From NCBI GenBank assembly GCA_024405635.1, contig JAKSOL010000020.1, positions 1 through 56,421 of the forward strand: a stretch of DNA of 56,421 nt. Direction: 5' to 3'. The notes under the pieces were generated by a model that saw only the letters and a list, made by a program, of their open reading frames with translations, had not been told where the DNA came from and did not search any database. Of the stretch, positions 28,701 through 37,558 are shown in pieces. Numbering within the stretch: the first letter of the stretch is position 1; every line of letters begins with the position of its first letter. Source of the DNA: Salinivirgaceae bacterium. Its GTDB lineage: Bacteria; Bacteroidota; Bacteroidia; Bacteroidales; SZUA-534. The translations under genes were made by a program, and so were the position numbers.

Positions 28701-31700
28701 GTTTTACTCAAATTACACATATTAAGTGTTTGTGTTGCACTGGTGTTAAATACAAACTTGGCAGGCTTTCCGCTGCGAAGAATCTGATAACAATTAGTGG
28801 ACACATCGGCAACGTGGTCATACAATTTAACCTCTTTACCATCGGGCGAAACAAGATAGTATTGCAATTGACCGTAGTTTTCGTGCACAAGATCAATTTT
28901 TACCTCAATATTGGTTGTTTCCGAAATTAAGAACGGAGAATATGTTCCTATTGCAACATCCATTGCTGGAGCAATATCAAGAATCATGTCGTCACTTACG
29001 TTACCACAAGTTGCACTTGTAGCAGTTACGGTTAGTGTTACGCTAAGGCTTGTTAAGTCTGCGCCACCAGGTGTATAGGTTGGATTCAAACTTGTTGCGT
29101 CGTCAAATGAACCATCACCGCTTGTTGTCCAAAGAACTGATACTGCATCTGTCATTGTTGCATCTGCAATGGTATAATCTGAACCATAACAAATAATAGC
29201 ATCCTCGCCAGCAAATACGCTAGGTCCTTGAATATTTGTAATAGTTGTTGATGCTGTGCTTTCGCAACCATTTGCATCTGTAACCTTATAATTCAATGTA
29301 TAAGTTCCAGCAACATCACATGTAAATGTTGGAGACTCAATGTTGGTTGCATCAAGATATACAACATCGCCTGTCCAAAGGTGTGTAAATGGAGCCAAAC
29401 CAACCGATACGTTAGCATCAATAACTTGACTCGAATTGGTACAAGCATCAATTGCTGCTGCCAAACCAATGTTTGGTAGTGGGTTAACTGTTACACTATA
29501 AGAAGATGCAACAGCGGCCTCGCATCCGTTACCATTAGTGTAGTTAACACTAACAGTACCCGTACCAACGGTTTCCCAACTAATTGTTGCTGTTGAAGTA
29601 CCTTGTCCTGCCAATATGCTACCACCGGTAACACTCCACACGTAGTTGCTCATTCCAACTTCGGTAGTATAATCGGCCTCACCACTCAAGCAAATTGAAT
29701 TGTCGCCACTTATTGTTGGAACAGGCAATGGGTTAATTGTAATAACCTTGGTGCTAGTAACAGGCTCTGTACAAGGAGCATTTGCAGCAACTGTTAATGT
29801 AAGAGTAACCGAACCTGCAGAGATATCGGCAGCACTGAAATTATAAGTTGCTGCCAACGATGTTCCGTTTGTAAAGCTACCTGAACCGCTTGTGCTCCAA
29901 CTCAACGATGAGTAGTTTGAAGCCGAAGCGTCGGTTATTGAGTATGACGATTCGCTTGCGCAAACCGCATCTGCTGCACCAGCATTAGCAACGGGCTCTT
30001 CAATAAATGTTATTTGAGCAGTTGTTGTGTTGCTACAGTTGCCAGCAATTTCTTCAAGAGTAACGGTGTAGGTACCTCCAGTTGAAACCGAAATAGTTGG
30101 GCTTGAACTTGTAGATGAACTGAAGGTTAAACCGTCGCCACTCCAATTAAATGTTGATCCTGCAACTGATGATGTAACAGATATTGATGTGTTAAGTCCG
30201 CAAACTGTCACATCTGACAAGAATGGAGCTGGCATTCCGTTTACAATAATAGTTGCTGTTTGAACTCCACTTGCATCGCATCCACCAACAGGCGTTGCGG
30301 TGATGGTTGCTGTGTAGCCTGTTGTTACGTTATCTGATGTATATGTAACTTTTGATGTTTTTCCGCTTACTGTTGCTGCGCTCAAAGTTCCGCCACCAGT
30401 TACAGTCCAGTTAATGCTAGTGCAGTGGTCAAATTCTGCAGTAAGTTCAACTGTTTCGGTTGAACAAATTTCTTTTGATGTTGGATTAAGAACAATTGAA
30501 GGTTTTTCGGTAAACTTAATTGTAACATTAGTTATGCCCTCGCAGTTGTTGGCTGTTTCTTTGAGTTGGAATACGTATGTTCCACCTTGAGGTACAATTG
30601 TATTATCGCCTATTGAAGTTGCTTGAGCAGGACCAGACACTTGCGACCATTCAAGATTTCCTCCAAGACTTGCGACACCTGTTAAAGTAGTAGTCAAACC
30701 ACAAATATCAGTTCCATCAACAGGAATAATTGATGGGGTTGGTATTGGATTAATGGTAAGAACCATGTCATCGGAATGAGTTCCGCAATGTGCATGAGTT
30801 GCTGTCAATGTCAAAGTTACGCTACCAGCAGCAATATCAGCAGCACTTGGTTCATAAACTGGTTGTCTGATTGCACTAGTATAGAATGTACCAGAACCTG
30901 TTGTTGTCCAAGCCACAGGATCAAACACAGATGGAACTGAATTCTTAACACGAGCATCTGTCAAGGTTACACTCTCGCCAGCACATATTGCCAAATCAGG
31001 GCCTGCATTTGCTTCAGGTGCAGCGTAGAAAGTTATTTGTGCTGTTGTAAGTGCCGAGCAGCCGCCAAGTTCCTCTTCAAATTGAATCTCGTACAATCCT
31101 TCGGCACTTGCTGTTATGCTTGTTACGTTTGATAATGCATTGCTAAATGTTAAGTTACCTGGACCAGATACCTTTGTCCAATTGCGAGTTGAACCTGTTA
31201 GCACGTTGGCCGCCTCAACATCGCAAGCCATTCCACATGCTATTGCTGGTGCTGTGATAGTAGGATCAGGAGTGCGGCTTATTGTAAGTTCCATAGTTGC
31301 GGTTGGATTTTCGCAAACTCCTGCCGACGAAACTCCTATGGCAGTAATGGTATATGTAACGGACATGTCTGTTGGTCCAAAGTTTGGCGTAAACTTAACA
31401 TTTGCTCCTGTTGCTGGTGTAAATGTTCCTGTCCCGCCACTTACTATCCAATTAACTGTGCTACAATTTGTTGTTGTAGCTTTTAGCGTATATGGATCAG
31501 CACTGCACGACACATCACTGGTTTTTGGCAAGTTAATAGTTGGCTCGTTGAAGAATGTTACTGAAGTAAAGTTTGGCAACGAACTTGAGCATCCGTTCAA
31601 CGATTCAACTAACTCAAAATCGTACGAACCTGCTTCAGAAACTGCAACATCAACTCGAGCTACTCCTCCACTTATAGTTGAGTTGCTAAATGTAACAGTG

Positions 31701-34648
31701 CCAGGGCCATCGCGTTTTGCCCATACTACTGACGAGCCGTCTTGAATGCCAGTTGCTTGAACATAACCAGACAATCCACAGAATTGAGAATTTATACTTA
31801 ACTCTGGTTTTAAAAGAGGATTGACCTTCAATGTAAAGTTGTCGCTTACTGTTTGACCTGCACAAGCCCCTTTGCCATTGGCAGTTAATGTAAGTGTTAC
31901 TGTTGTACCATAATCGGCTACACTTGGAGTATAAATGGTGTTGGCTGTTGTGGCTGACGAGAATGAGCCAGAGCCACTAGTTGTCCAAACTAAATCAACA
32001 TTTCCCACAACAGTTGCTGCAAGGGTTTGCTTGCCATCGTGGCAAATTGTGTTTGGCTGTGTTGTGGTAATTGTTACCTCTGGAGCATCAAAGAATGTTT
32101 GAGTAACCTCACTAGTAGTTCCAGAACAATTACCAACTGTTTCTGTCATATAAAATTTATATGTTCCTTCCGCATTAACTGCAACGTCGGTTGTTGCACT
32201 AGTTGGATTAGCAATAGTTGCACCACTTGTTACTGCGGTCCAAAGCACCGAACCACCAGCATCGGTATTTGCTTTAAGTTGTGATGTTAGTCCACAAATA
32301 TCAGCATCGGTAGTTACCAATGTTGGTGCTGGAACGTGGTTCACTTTAATTGTCATTTGGTCGGTTACGCTTGAGCAAGCTCCATTACCATTCACTGTTA
32401 AAGTGATGGTTTGGTTGTCTGTAGCTCCAAGTGTTGGTGTGTAAACCACATTGGTCAACGACGATGTGTTGCTCAAAGTACCAGCTGTTGCGCTCCAAGC
32501 AAACGACGAATAGTTTGTTGCTGTTGCGTTAATTGATTGTGTTCCATCTTCGCATATTTCGGCATCAGCTGTTGTAATATCAACTGTTGGAGCTGCATTG
32601 AATGTAAGTGTAACTACTGTTGCACTATACCCCACACATCCTCCTGGAGTTGTTTCTTTTACACGGAAAGTGTAATCGCCATCGGCGGTAACTGTAACTT
32701 TATTTCCATCAAATGATGCAGAACCAGCGCCCGACACTAATTCCCAATCAAGAGTCCCACCCAAGTTGGCTGTAGCTGCCAATGTGGTTTCGTATCCGCA
32801 AATATTACCATCAACTGTAGTAATGGTTGGAACTGGTAGAGGACTAATTGTCAAAGTCATATTGTTGGATACAGGCGAGCATCCTGCCATTCCGTTTGCT
32901 GTGAGTGTTAGGGTAACACTACCAGCTGCTACATCTGATGGACTTGGATGGTATGTTGCTTTTACAACTGCATTGTTATCAAATGTTCCTGTTCCGCTTG
33001 TTGACCATACAACTGAAGTTGTATGTTGTGTTGATGCACCCGAAAGCGTGTACGAACTTTCGTCAGCACAAATTTCATCATCTACTCCGGCAGTCACTTC
33101 TGGAGTTGGGTTTTCGTCAACCACTACAAAATCTTCTTCTGACTTACAACCATGACTATCGGTTGCATAGAACGAATAGGAACCTGCAGCCAATCCATCA
33201 ACTATATTAATTGGTGCTGTGACTGTTATGCCATTAACTGTGTATGAAGTAAATGTGCCTGTTCCTCCTGTTGCACTTACTGTCACCGAACCTGTATTTT
33301 CACCCTCACAAGCTGGAGTCATAACAGCCTCGGTCTCAATAAGTTTTGGTTGGGTTTTATAGTCGTTATATTCATCCCAATCAGCATAATAACTATAGCC
33401 TATTGCTTGTAGGCATCCATTATTATCAGTAACCATAAGCTGAAGCTCCGATGCGTCTGGCACATTAGTAATGTTTCTTGCTGAAGTATCAGGAACTTGA
33501 TTGTACATTTCAGTCCACACATAAGAATATGGAGCAGAACCTCCTGTTGTGGTAGCTGTTAGTTCTTTAATAGGGTCACCATGGCAATCAGCATCTTTGG
33601 TTACTTCAATAACTGTATTCATTGCAGAAGGCTGACCTATTGTAACTTGCATCGACTCTAATTGGTCGCCTCCAAGTAGAGAGTAACCAATAGTTACTGT
33701 TCCAGGAGAGAGGTTTTCTATTAAAAAGTTGTTTGAACTTTCGCCAACTTTGGTCAATTTGATGTCATATCCAATTTGAATTTGAGTAAACAAATCATAA
33801 TTACCCAAACCTCCGTTAATTACTACTTTAATTTTACCATCAGATTGTTTTGCAGCATTCAAATTTGAAGATAATGATTTGTTACAAGACACATCGATCA
33901 CTGTAACTACCATATTAGTTGTTGCCTTTGAGCCTCTCAATGTCACGCTCTTCAATGCTCCATATTTAATGCCATCTGTTGAGACAAAATTCTCAAGCAT
34001 AGCTCCTTTAAAGAACAATGTAGAATTTTGAGCTAACACTTGACGCGCGTCAGTAACATCAACATTCCACTTGTCAATTATAATTTCCGACTCTGATAGT
34101 GCAAGTTGAGCCGATTGTTTTGCACTAAATTCAGAACAAACCACATCGAATCCAGCGGTATTTAGTTTACCTCCAACCACTGAAATGTTGCCTGTAGTGT
34201 TTAATGCACTTTGCAATGTCCATTCGCCACTTTCAACAAAAATATCAGCTCCAAGTTGCGATGCAATGTTAATTGTGTGACTGCCCTCTCCTTTCAGGTG
34301 GACTTCACCCATCAAACTTAGCATATCAACGTTGGCATCGATATCAATATCTCCACTAATGGTTATTGACTTTTTACCAATCAATTTGAAACTTGCGCCG
34401 TTTGATTTTACACTTGCAAGTGCAATGTCGCTACTAACGCGTACTATTGAATTTTGGCTGAACGAGTTTTGATCAAACACAATATCGGTAGCTGCCGATA
34501 GTGCATCTCCAGATTTTCCACCTGAAGTAACTGACCAGTGGCTCTTGTCGTTCAAGTTTCCACCGTTGTTCACCCAATACCTATAATCTTGTGCAACCAA
34601 CTGCATAACAGTTAGCACAACTGATAGGGTTAAAAAGATTCTCTTCAT
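22766..34648 (-). CDS. Giant SprB-like adhesin (3960 aa) with PKD/Ig-like and SprB repeats, a proprotein-convertase P-like domain and a T9SS type B CTD
   Basis: Signal peptide; many C...G...GGxxPYTYxW...YxVxVTDxNGC repeats; C-terminal PEVFTPNGDGANDTW...IFNRWG...WDG...LPSGTYYY. Confidence 0.9.
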   Translation of the reverse strand: MKRIFLTLSVVLTVMQLVAQDYRYWVNNGGNLNDKSHWSVTSGGKSGDALSAATDIVFDQNSFSQNSIVRVSSDIALASVKSNGASFKLIGKKSITISGDIDIDANVDMLSLMGEVHLKGEGSHTINIASQLGADIFVESGEWTLQSALNTTGNISVVGGKLNTAGFDVVCSEFSAKQSAQLALSESEIIIDKWNVDVTDARQVLAQNSTLFFKGAMLENFVSTDGIKYGALKSVTLRGSKATTNMVVTVIDVSCNKSLSSNLNAAKQSDGKIKVVINGGLGNYDLFTQIQIGYDIKLTKVGESSNNFLIENLSPGTVTIGYSLLGGDQLESMQVTIGQPSAMNTVIEVTKDADCHGDPIKELTATTTGGSAPYSYVWTEMYNQVPDTSARNITNVPDASELQLMVTDNNGCLQAIGYSYYADWDEYNDYKTQPKLIETEAVMTPACEGENTGSVTVSATGGTGTFTSYTVNGITVTAPINIVDGLAAGSYSFYATDSHGCKSEEDFVVVDENPTPEVTAGVDDEICADESSYTLSGASTQHTTSVVWSTSGTGTFDNNAVVKATYHPSPSDVAAGSVTLTLTANGMAGCSPVSNNMTLTISPLPVPTITTVDGNICGYETTLAATANLGGTLDWELVSGAGSASFDGNKVTVTADGDYTFRVKETTPGGCVGYSATVVTLTFNAAPTVDITTADAEICEDGTQSINATATNYSSFAWSATAGTLSNTSSLTNVVYTPTLGATDNQTITLTVNGNGACSSVTDQMTIKVNHVPAPTLVTTDADICGLTSQLKANTDAGGSVLWTAVTSGATIANPTSATTDVAVNAEGTYKFYMTETVGNCSGTTSEVTQTFFDAPEVTITTTQPNTICHDGKQTLAATVVGNVDLVWTTSGSGSFSSATTANTIYTPSVADYGTTVTLTLTANGKGACAGQTVSDNFTLKVNPLLKPELSINSQFCGLSGYVQATGIQDGSSVVWAKRDGPGTVTFSNSTISGGVARVDVAVSEAGSYDFELVESLNGCSSSLPNFTSVTFFNEPTINLPKTSDVSCSADPYTLKATTTNCSTVNWIVSGGTGTFTPATGANVKFTPNFGPTDMSVTYTITAIGVSSAGVCENPTATMELTISRTPDPTITAPAIACGMACDVEAANVLTGSTRNWTKVSGPGNLTFSNALSNVTSITASAEGLYEIQFEEELGGCSALTTAQITFYAAPEANAGPDLAICAGESVTLTDARVKNSVPSVFDPVAWTTTGSGTFYTSAIRQPVYEPSAADIAAGSVTLTLTATHAHCGTHSDDMVLTINPIPTPSIIPVDGTDICGLTTTLTGVASLGGNLEWSQVSGPAQATSIGDNTIVPQGGTYVFQLKETANNCEGITNVTIKFTEKPSIVLNPTSKEICSTETVELTAEFDHCTSINWTVTGGGTLSAATVSGKTSKVTYTSDNVTTGYTATITATPVGGCDASGVQTATIIVNGMPAPFLSDVTVCGLNTSISVTSSVAGSTFNWSGDGLTFSSSTSSSPTISVSTGGTYTVTLEEIAGNCSNTTTAQITFIEEPVANAGAADAVCASESSYSITDASASNYSSLSWSTSGSGSFTNGTSLAATYNFSAADISAGSVTLTLTVAANAPCTEPVTSTKVITINPLPVPTISGDNSICLSGEADYTTEVGMSNYVWSVTGGSILAGQGTSTATISWETVGTGTVSVNYTNGNGCEAAVASSYSVTVNPLPNIGLAAAIDACTNSSQVIDANVSVGLAPFTHLWTGDVVYLDATNIESPTFTCDVAGTYTLNYKVTDANGCESTASTTITNIQGPSVFAGEDAIICYGSDYTIADATMTDAVSVLWTTSGDGSFDDATSLNPTYTPGGADLTSLSVTLTVTATSATCGNVSDDMILDIAPAMDVAIGTYSPFLISETTNIEVKIDLVHENYGQLQYYLVSPDGKEVKLYDHVADVSTNCYQILRSGKPAKFVFNTSATQTLNMCNLSKTATTLTGTFLPTDIKGWENIYGEDPAKGGWAVRIVDMFVGQVGELTQSIISFTDVNHQGNMQTITFNSGSINIPILDNGAIRYISPIGLSTSCYGACDAHAVVNVIGGSGVYNSYIWEQPEGKDPVQGTNEVDLCGGDYIVTVTDSRGCSATGKVHVLEPDPILLETTASDVTCNGAADGSMSVTARQGVGAYTYQWNDADATTTASVSNVAAGEYTVWVTDENQCSVSADVKIEEPTAISVDNIVVTASDCANPTGSIEFTISGGTPLAGDAYDITCATATFVNGKAENLAADIYSVTIKDANGCSVDTVITVPDNGDVTFVSVVETAPIMCNGANGGAALATATTQNGNVDDLYYEWYKESMEGSPINGTMNFSGLIANIYGDVTYYVKAIDQISGCSAIDSIKLSQPEALSINVIGFENPLCIGSSTGSAEVEAAGGTAPYTYAWVDANGDDATSATLTAGDNIVTVTDYNGCTYSETITLVDPEPIVTSITFTPTNCQSFDGTATVEVVSGGVAPFTYEWTNANQSTTATADGLGVERYYVTVTDANNCSVVDFVDVTDNSVMTMTVLSTTDVTSACSNDGEIVIQIDDAFGEVTCTWYDEDGNDVDGVLATADGTRLYNIASAGTYTVVVVDEHSCSKSFDVTLGGALRLDIRNTINVSPTCYGGNDGMITIDPSTVGGVGPYTFEWLMDNTIADSHSGLEAGQTYEVKITDSEGCEAVANVGPLASPSPIIAEFEFVPAGCAASDGSITVTGATFDGVPVAIIDVTWFDADGAMVASGLSLNDVPAAKYQAIITTAMGCDVDTLITLKDLSTLELQLVSVDMPMCKGAENGTVELTVLGGGSGDYTFEWFDESNNLVYSLTDATNTTVKAGKYLVVVTDNQSLCGASLEVTVDEPEELITNIVFTQQVVCAGDKVASFYVSAQGGTPDYIFTWTHNGEIVSTDSAISNAEEGWYYVEVKDANACVAEDSVQILFPEPINIEVVTTESECDTPTGTATATVTGGVAPYTYVWHTLMDLTAISNDANPINLAVDTYVLEIQDALGCVVTDTVDVEDNGSVGFEWEVVSDILCPSNCNGEAKVTQVYDDNQLYTTFNVIWNDTEIGAHATNLCLGTNKVVVIAPNNCRAVEYITMSDEKALRVKHITNYPDLDGDPNCNGMLIAEIAGGVGNYTAVWTNEAGEELPNSIFDATASEAKAYSLCEGKYTLTVKDENPEGCEIIETYIIEHRPLLFQMVSQTDATCYGYNNGNAKVEGVGGLYEPYKYEWYAVGSTDLLSSKPELENVYAGKYYFIISQHDYMTMISDTITIGQPSTRLHIPADMVVTKGTKCYESAGSVRIYEQGDFASAFSGFAPFTYIFSNPDWTVDSIKVSGEKINITNLPIGEYSLSVIDSLGCVFDTIYNVEDLSHFKVELAVDKPRCFGKEGTVIANASSDNGIRSYTWNNGSAETADRINGKAGIYYVMVEDEMNCQRFDTIEMPETPKVAFTLGAIEPNTCFTGTDGSVSFNNITGGLMGVYDQYIFMGANGTINKNVETRDSMEIITGIPTGEYKVYIMDVNDCESDTINITVPSRHSQMATTITVDDASCEKYFANGNLSIDGEFEVAVSVVNQYSVSGTVEEPVFFQLGNNKPSANSKFSKLAAGDYNVVVGFSSDMVCPDTLNVTVGADNKFALAGAYIYRSSTSNEYANEVYVCPEEEALQANFHTTDNFSIDKRVWYLNDSIVDDSVSTWASLTPRGAEGNDYYYRVQAYNDKCMDMDTLHVIVLNPTDTLKAGIVMAEEGVEPQDNVYQLFGGIDLMLHANQGEALTFDVPSTVEYQNAYYWATSKEVSWQTTADTISPIVVAKEDMTIKVVDTVSVTYAAISDTLQCVFTDSMVVSVLSDIRPPEVFTPNGDGANDTWVINGIHAYQKVEVVIFNRWGGRVWQKSGVYEPWDGTNAKGKNLPSGTYYYSIKCSDSRIGTKEKSGPVTIIR

Positions 34649-34970
34649 AACAATTTATATTGAAAGAATTTGTATTCGTGCTTTTATGGCGACGTAAAAA
34701 TATTCCAATTTAATAGCATAGCATGCCGCTTTTGATTATTTGCGACTATTTTGTGATAAAATACTGCTAATTTTTTCCAAAATCAGTTTTTGCCGTTAAT
34801 CGGTGTTAATAATTGTACACCAACGGTTGTTTTTGTGTGACGTAAAATACGCATAAGTCAACGCTTTACACTCAAATTTTGTCTGGCGGTCAACATCGGC
34901 CAACATGTTGATAACCGACGGTTTAATTTGGCAACAAGACTTATAAACTGCGAGCTGGCTAAGACCTGAT

Positions 34971-37451
34971 TTATCCTAATTCAACCACAGTTATTCCTGC
35001 TCCACCAAATTCCACATGTTCGTCACGCACATTGTCAATTACTGGCAGAGTTTGCAAATATTGGCGAATCATTTGGCGCAGTATTCCGTTGCCTTTGCCG
35101 TGTAAAATATGCAACTCCGAGGCTCCAACCATAACAGCCTCGTCAACCAATGCAGCAACCATTGATATTGCATCATCGGTTCGTTGTCCTCTAACGTCAA
35201 GGTATGGGTTGAAATTTATTCGGCGTTGGTTAAGGTCGATGCTTTGACTGAATTTCTGTTTTGGTGATTGGCGCAAACGCGCTTTGTCGTTTTCGTTCAG
35301 CATTTCGATGCGGTCAATTGTGGTGCTGGTCATCATGCTGCCAAAGGCTACAAGAACATTTTTACCGTTTAGCTCCATTATTTCGCCAATGGTGGTTTGT
35401 CCTTTTATCTTAACCGGCATGCCTATTGTAAACTCGCTTGTGCGCAAAACAATTTGTTCAGCATCTTTTTGTTGGTCGCGTTTTTTGTCGCCTTTCACTT
35501 TGTTTTCGCGCTCGCGCAACTTGGCAATTTTACGCATAATGCGGGACTCTTCTTCGGTATCGGGTTTGAGCACATCTTGCTTAAATTGTTCAAGTTGTTG
35601 ACGCACCTCGCGAGTCTTTTCTTTTTCGGCCTGCGCTTCTTTTATCTGGCGAACAGTGTTTTCCACCATTTTATTCGACTCGTTTAAAATGCGGCGCGCC
35701 TCCTCGTTTGTTTTCTGCATTACTTCCTTGCGGAATTTTTTCATTTCATCGAGTTCGGATTTTTCCTTCTCCATCATCTCCTCAAGGCGACGTTCTATTT
35801 TGCGTATGTTTTCGCGCTTACGTTCCCAATAATATTTATCGCGGGCTATTTGCCTTAGGTGCTTGTCAAAGTTTACATGTTCCTCGCCTACCTTGCTTCG
35901 AGCCTCCTCTATTAAATCTTGTGGCAAACCTATTTTGTAGGCTATTTCAAAAGCAAAGCTACTTCCAGGTTTTCCCATTTCCATAATAAACATTGGTTCC
36001 ATGCGATTGGTATCGTATAGCATTGCGCCGTTTATTATGCCGTCGGTACTGGCAGCAAAGTGTTTTAGATTAGTGTAGTGGGTTGTTATTACGCCATACA
36101 CACCTATTTGGTTTAGTCTATTCAAAATAGTTTCGGCTATTACTCCTCCCAACATTGGTTCCGTTCCAGCACCAAACTCATCTATCAATATCATTGATTT
36201 GCTTGTTGCCAAACGCACAAATTGCTTCATATTTAACAGATGTGAACTATATGTACTCAAATCGTTATCAATGCTCTGCTCGTCACCTATGTCTATGAAA
36301 ATACTATCAAATATGCCAACCGTACTTTCGGGGTCAATTGGAATTAGCAAACCACATTGAAGCATGTATTGCAGTGTTCCAACTGTTTTTAAGCACACCG
36401 ATTTTCCGCCTGCGTTTGGTCCCGAAATAACCAAAATTCTATCATGCTCTGTAAGTTCAATATTTAGAGGTACAACGGTTTTACCTTCTTCGGCAAAGCT
36501 CATCATTAGAATTGGGTGCCTAGCATTGCGCCAATCAACTTTTGGTTCATCTACCAGTTTTGGCATACTTGCACCAAGTTGCTGGGCAAGGCGTGCTTTT
36601 GCTCGGTCAAAGTCAATAATTCCCAAAAACATCATCGCATCGTCAAGATCGTCAACATACGGACGAATGTTTTTGGTAAACAGTTTAAGTATCTTGATTA
36701 TTTCGCGACGCTCTGCCGATTCTAACTCCGAAATCTGATTATTTAGTTCAACCACTGGGGCAGGCTCAACATAACTTGTTTTGCCGGTTGCCGATTCGTC
36801 GTGTATAATACCTTGTATGCGACGTTTGTACGATGCAGCTATTGGAATAACCACACGCCCATCGCGCACTGCAAGCTGAGTATCAGGTTCAACCCAACCT
36901 TCTTGTTGCGCCTCACCAATAATGCGATGAATAAGTTTTGAAACCGAATTTTGTTTTAGTGCCAATTCGTGACGAATTGTAGCCAACTCTGGCGATGCGT
37001 TGTCGCGCACTTTGCCATGTTTGTTTATTATGCGCTCGGTGTTATCAATAACATAGTCGTGAATGTTTACTTGCGCTGCCAATGCCGAAAGCGTTGGATA
37101 ATATTGGTCTTGGCCATCGCGAGTAAGAAATCGCACTATAGCCTTTGCAACAATAAGCGACTTGTATAAGTTAAACAACTCTGGCACATCAATAAACGAA
37201 CCATCAACACGAATTTTTGCAAACACATCGCGAAAGTCAAAAAAGTCCTCAGTTGGCAATGGTTGGCCCGAATTCATCAGTTGCAACATCTCGTTAGTTT
37301 CAAGCAACCTACGCTTTACTGCTTCGGGTTTTGCCGAAAACGACATTTGGTCAACAAGCCATTGGCCCATAGCTCCAGCACAGTTAACTTTCAATTGTTC
37401 TCTGATGCGGCCAAAATCTATCTTATCTTCAAAATTGTTTGGAAATATCAT
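34971..37451 (-). CDS. mutS2: Endonuclease MutS2 (Smr domain)
   Basis: HDESATGKT, ISGPNAGGKS, DIGDEQSI, DEFGAGTEP and TTHY, with a C-terminal Smr domain (LDVRG...HGKGNG...GGAGITVV). Confidence 0.93.
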   Translation of the reverse strand: MIFPNNFEDKIDFGRIREQLKVNCAGAMGQWLVDQMSFSAKPEAVKRRLLETNEMLQLMNSGQPLPTEDFFDFRDVFAKIRVDGSFIDVPELFNLYKSLIVAKAIVRFLTRDGQDQYYPTLSALAAQVNIHDYVIDNTERIINKHGKVRDNASPELATIRHELALKQNSVSKLIHRIIGEAQQEGWVEPDTQLAVRDGRVVIPIAASYKRRIQGIIHDESATGKTSYVEPAPVVELNNQISELESAERREIIKILKLFTKNIRPYVDDLDDAMMFLGIIDFDRAKARLAQQLGASMPKLVDEPKVDWRNARHPILMMSFAEEGKTVVPLNIELTEHDRILVISGPNAGGKSVCLKTVGTLQYMLQCGLLIPIDPESTVGIFDSIFIDIGDEQSIDNDLSTYSSHLLNMKQFVRLATSKSMILIDEFGAGTEPMLGGVIAETILNRLNQIGVYGVITTHYTNLKHFAASTDGIINGAMLYDTNRMEPMFIMEMGKPGSSFAFEIAYKIGLPQDLIEEARSKVGEEHVNFDKHLRQIARDKYYWERKRENIRKIERRLEEMMEKEKSELDEMKKFRKEVMQKTNEEARRILNESNKMVENTVRQIKEAQAEKEKTREVRQQLEQFKQDVLKPDTEEESRIMRKIAKLRERENKVKGDKKRDQQKDAEQIVLRTSEFTIGMPVKIKGQTTIGEIMELNGKNVLVAFGSMMTSTTIDRIEMLNENDKARLRQSPKQKFSQSIDLNQRRINFNPYLDVRGQRTDDAISMVAALVDEAVMVGASELHILHGKGNGILRQMIRQYLQTLPVIDNVRDEHVEFGGAGITVVELG

Positions 37452-37471
37452 TCTCAATAATAATTGCGGCG

Positions 37472-37479
37472 CAAATATA
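37472..37479 (-). promoter_or_regulatory. Bacteroidota -7 element for mutS2
   Basis: Reverse complement TATATTTGC, 20 nt upstream of ATG 37451. Confidence 0.6.
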
Positions 37480-37500
37480 GAAGAACCCTTTGGGTGTTTG

Positions 37501-37535
37501 CAAAAAAACAGCCGGCCACAAATTGCGGTCGGCTG
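37501..37535 (-). terminator. Terminator after prs
   Basis: Minus strand CAGCCGACCGCAA-TTGTGGCCGGCTG-TTTTTTT. Confidence 0.75.
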
Positions 37536-37558
37536 CTATATTTTGGAATAATTATACG

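Noticed and set aside
31116-31745. 209-aa plus-strand ORF and the other short antisense or alternate-frame ORFs in the track
   Set aside because: These are shadows of long, well-supported genes with biased codon usage and have no recognisable motifs.
34649-34970. ncRNA or antitermination element upstream of the giant adhesin (hairpin near 34888-34918; GACGTAAAA at 34691 and 34839)
   Set aside because: The structure is weak, matches no RNA family I recognise, and a 9-bp repeat in AT-rich DNA may be chance.
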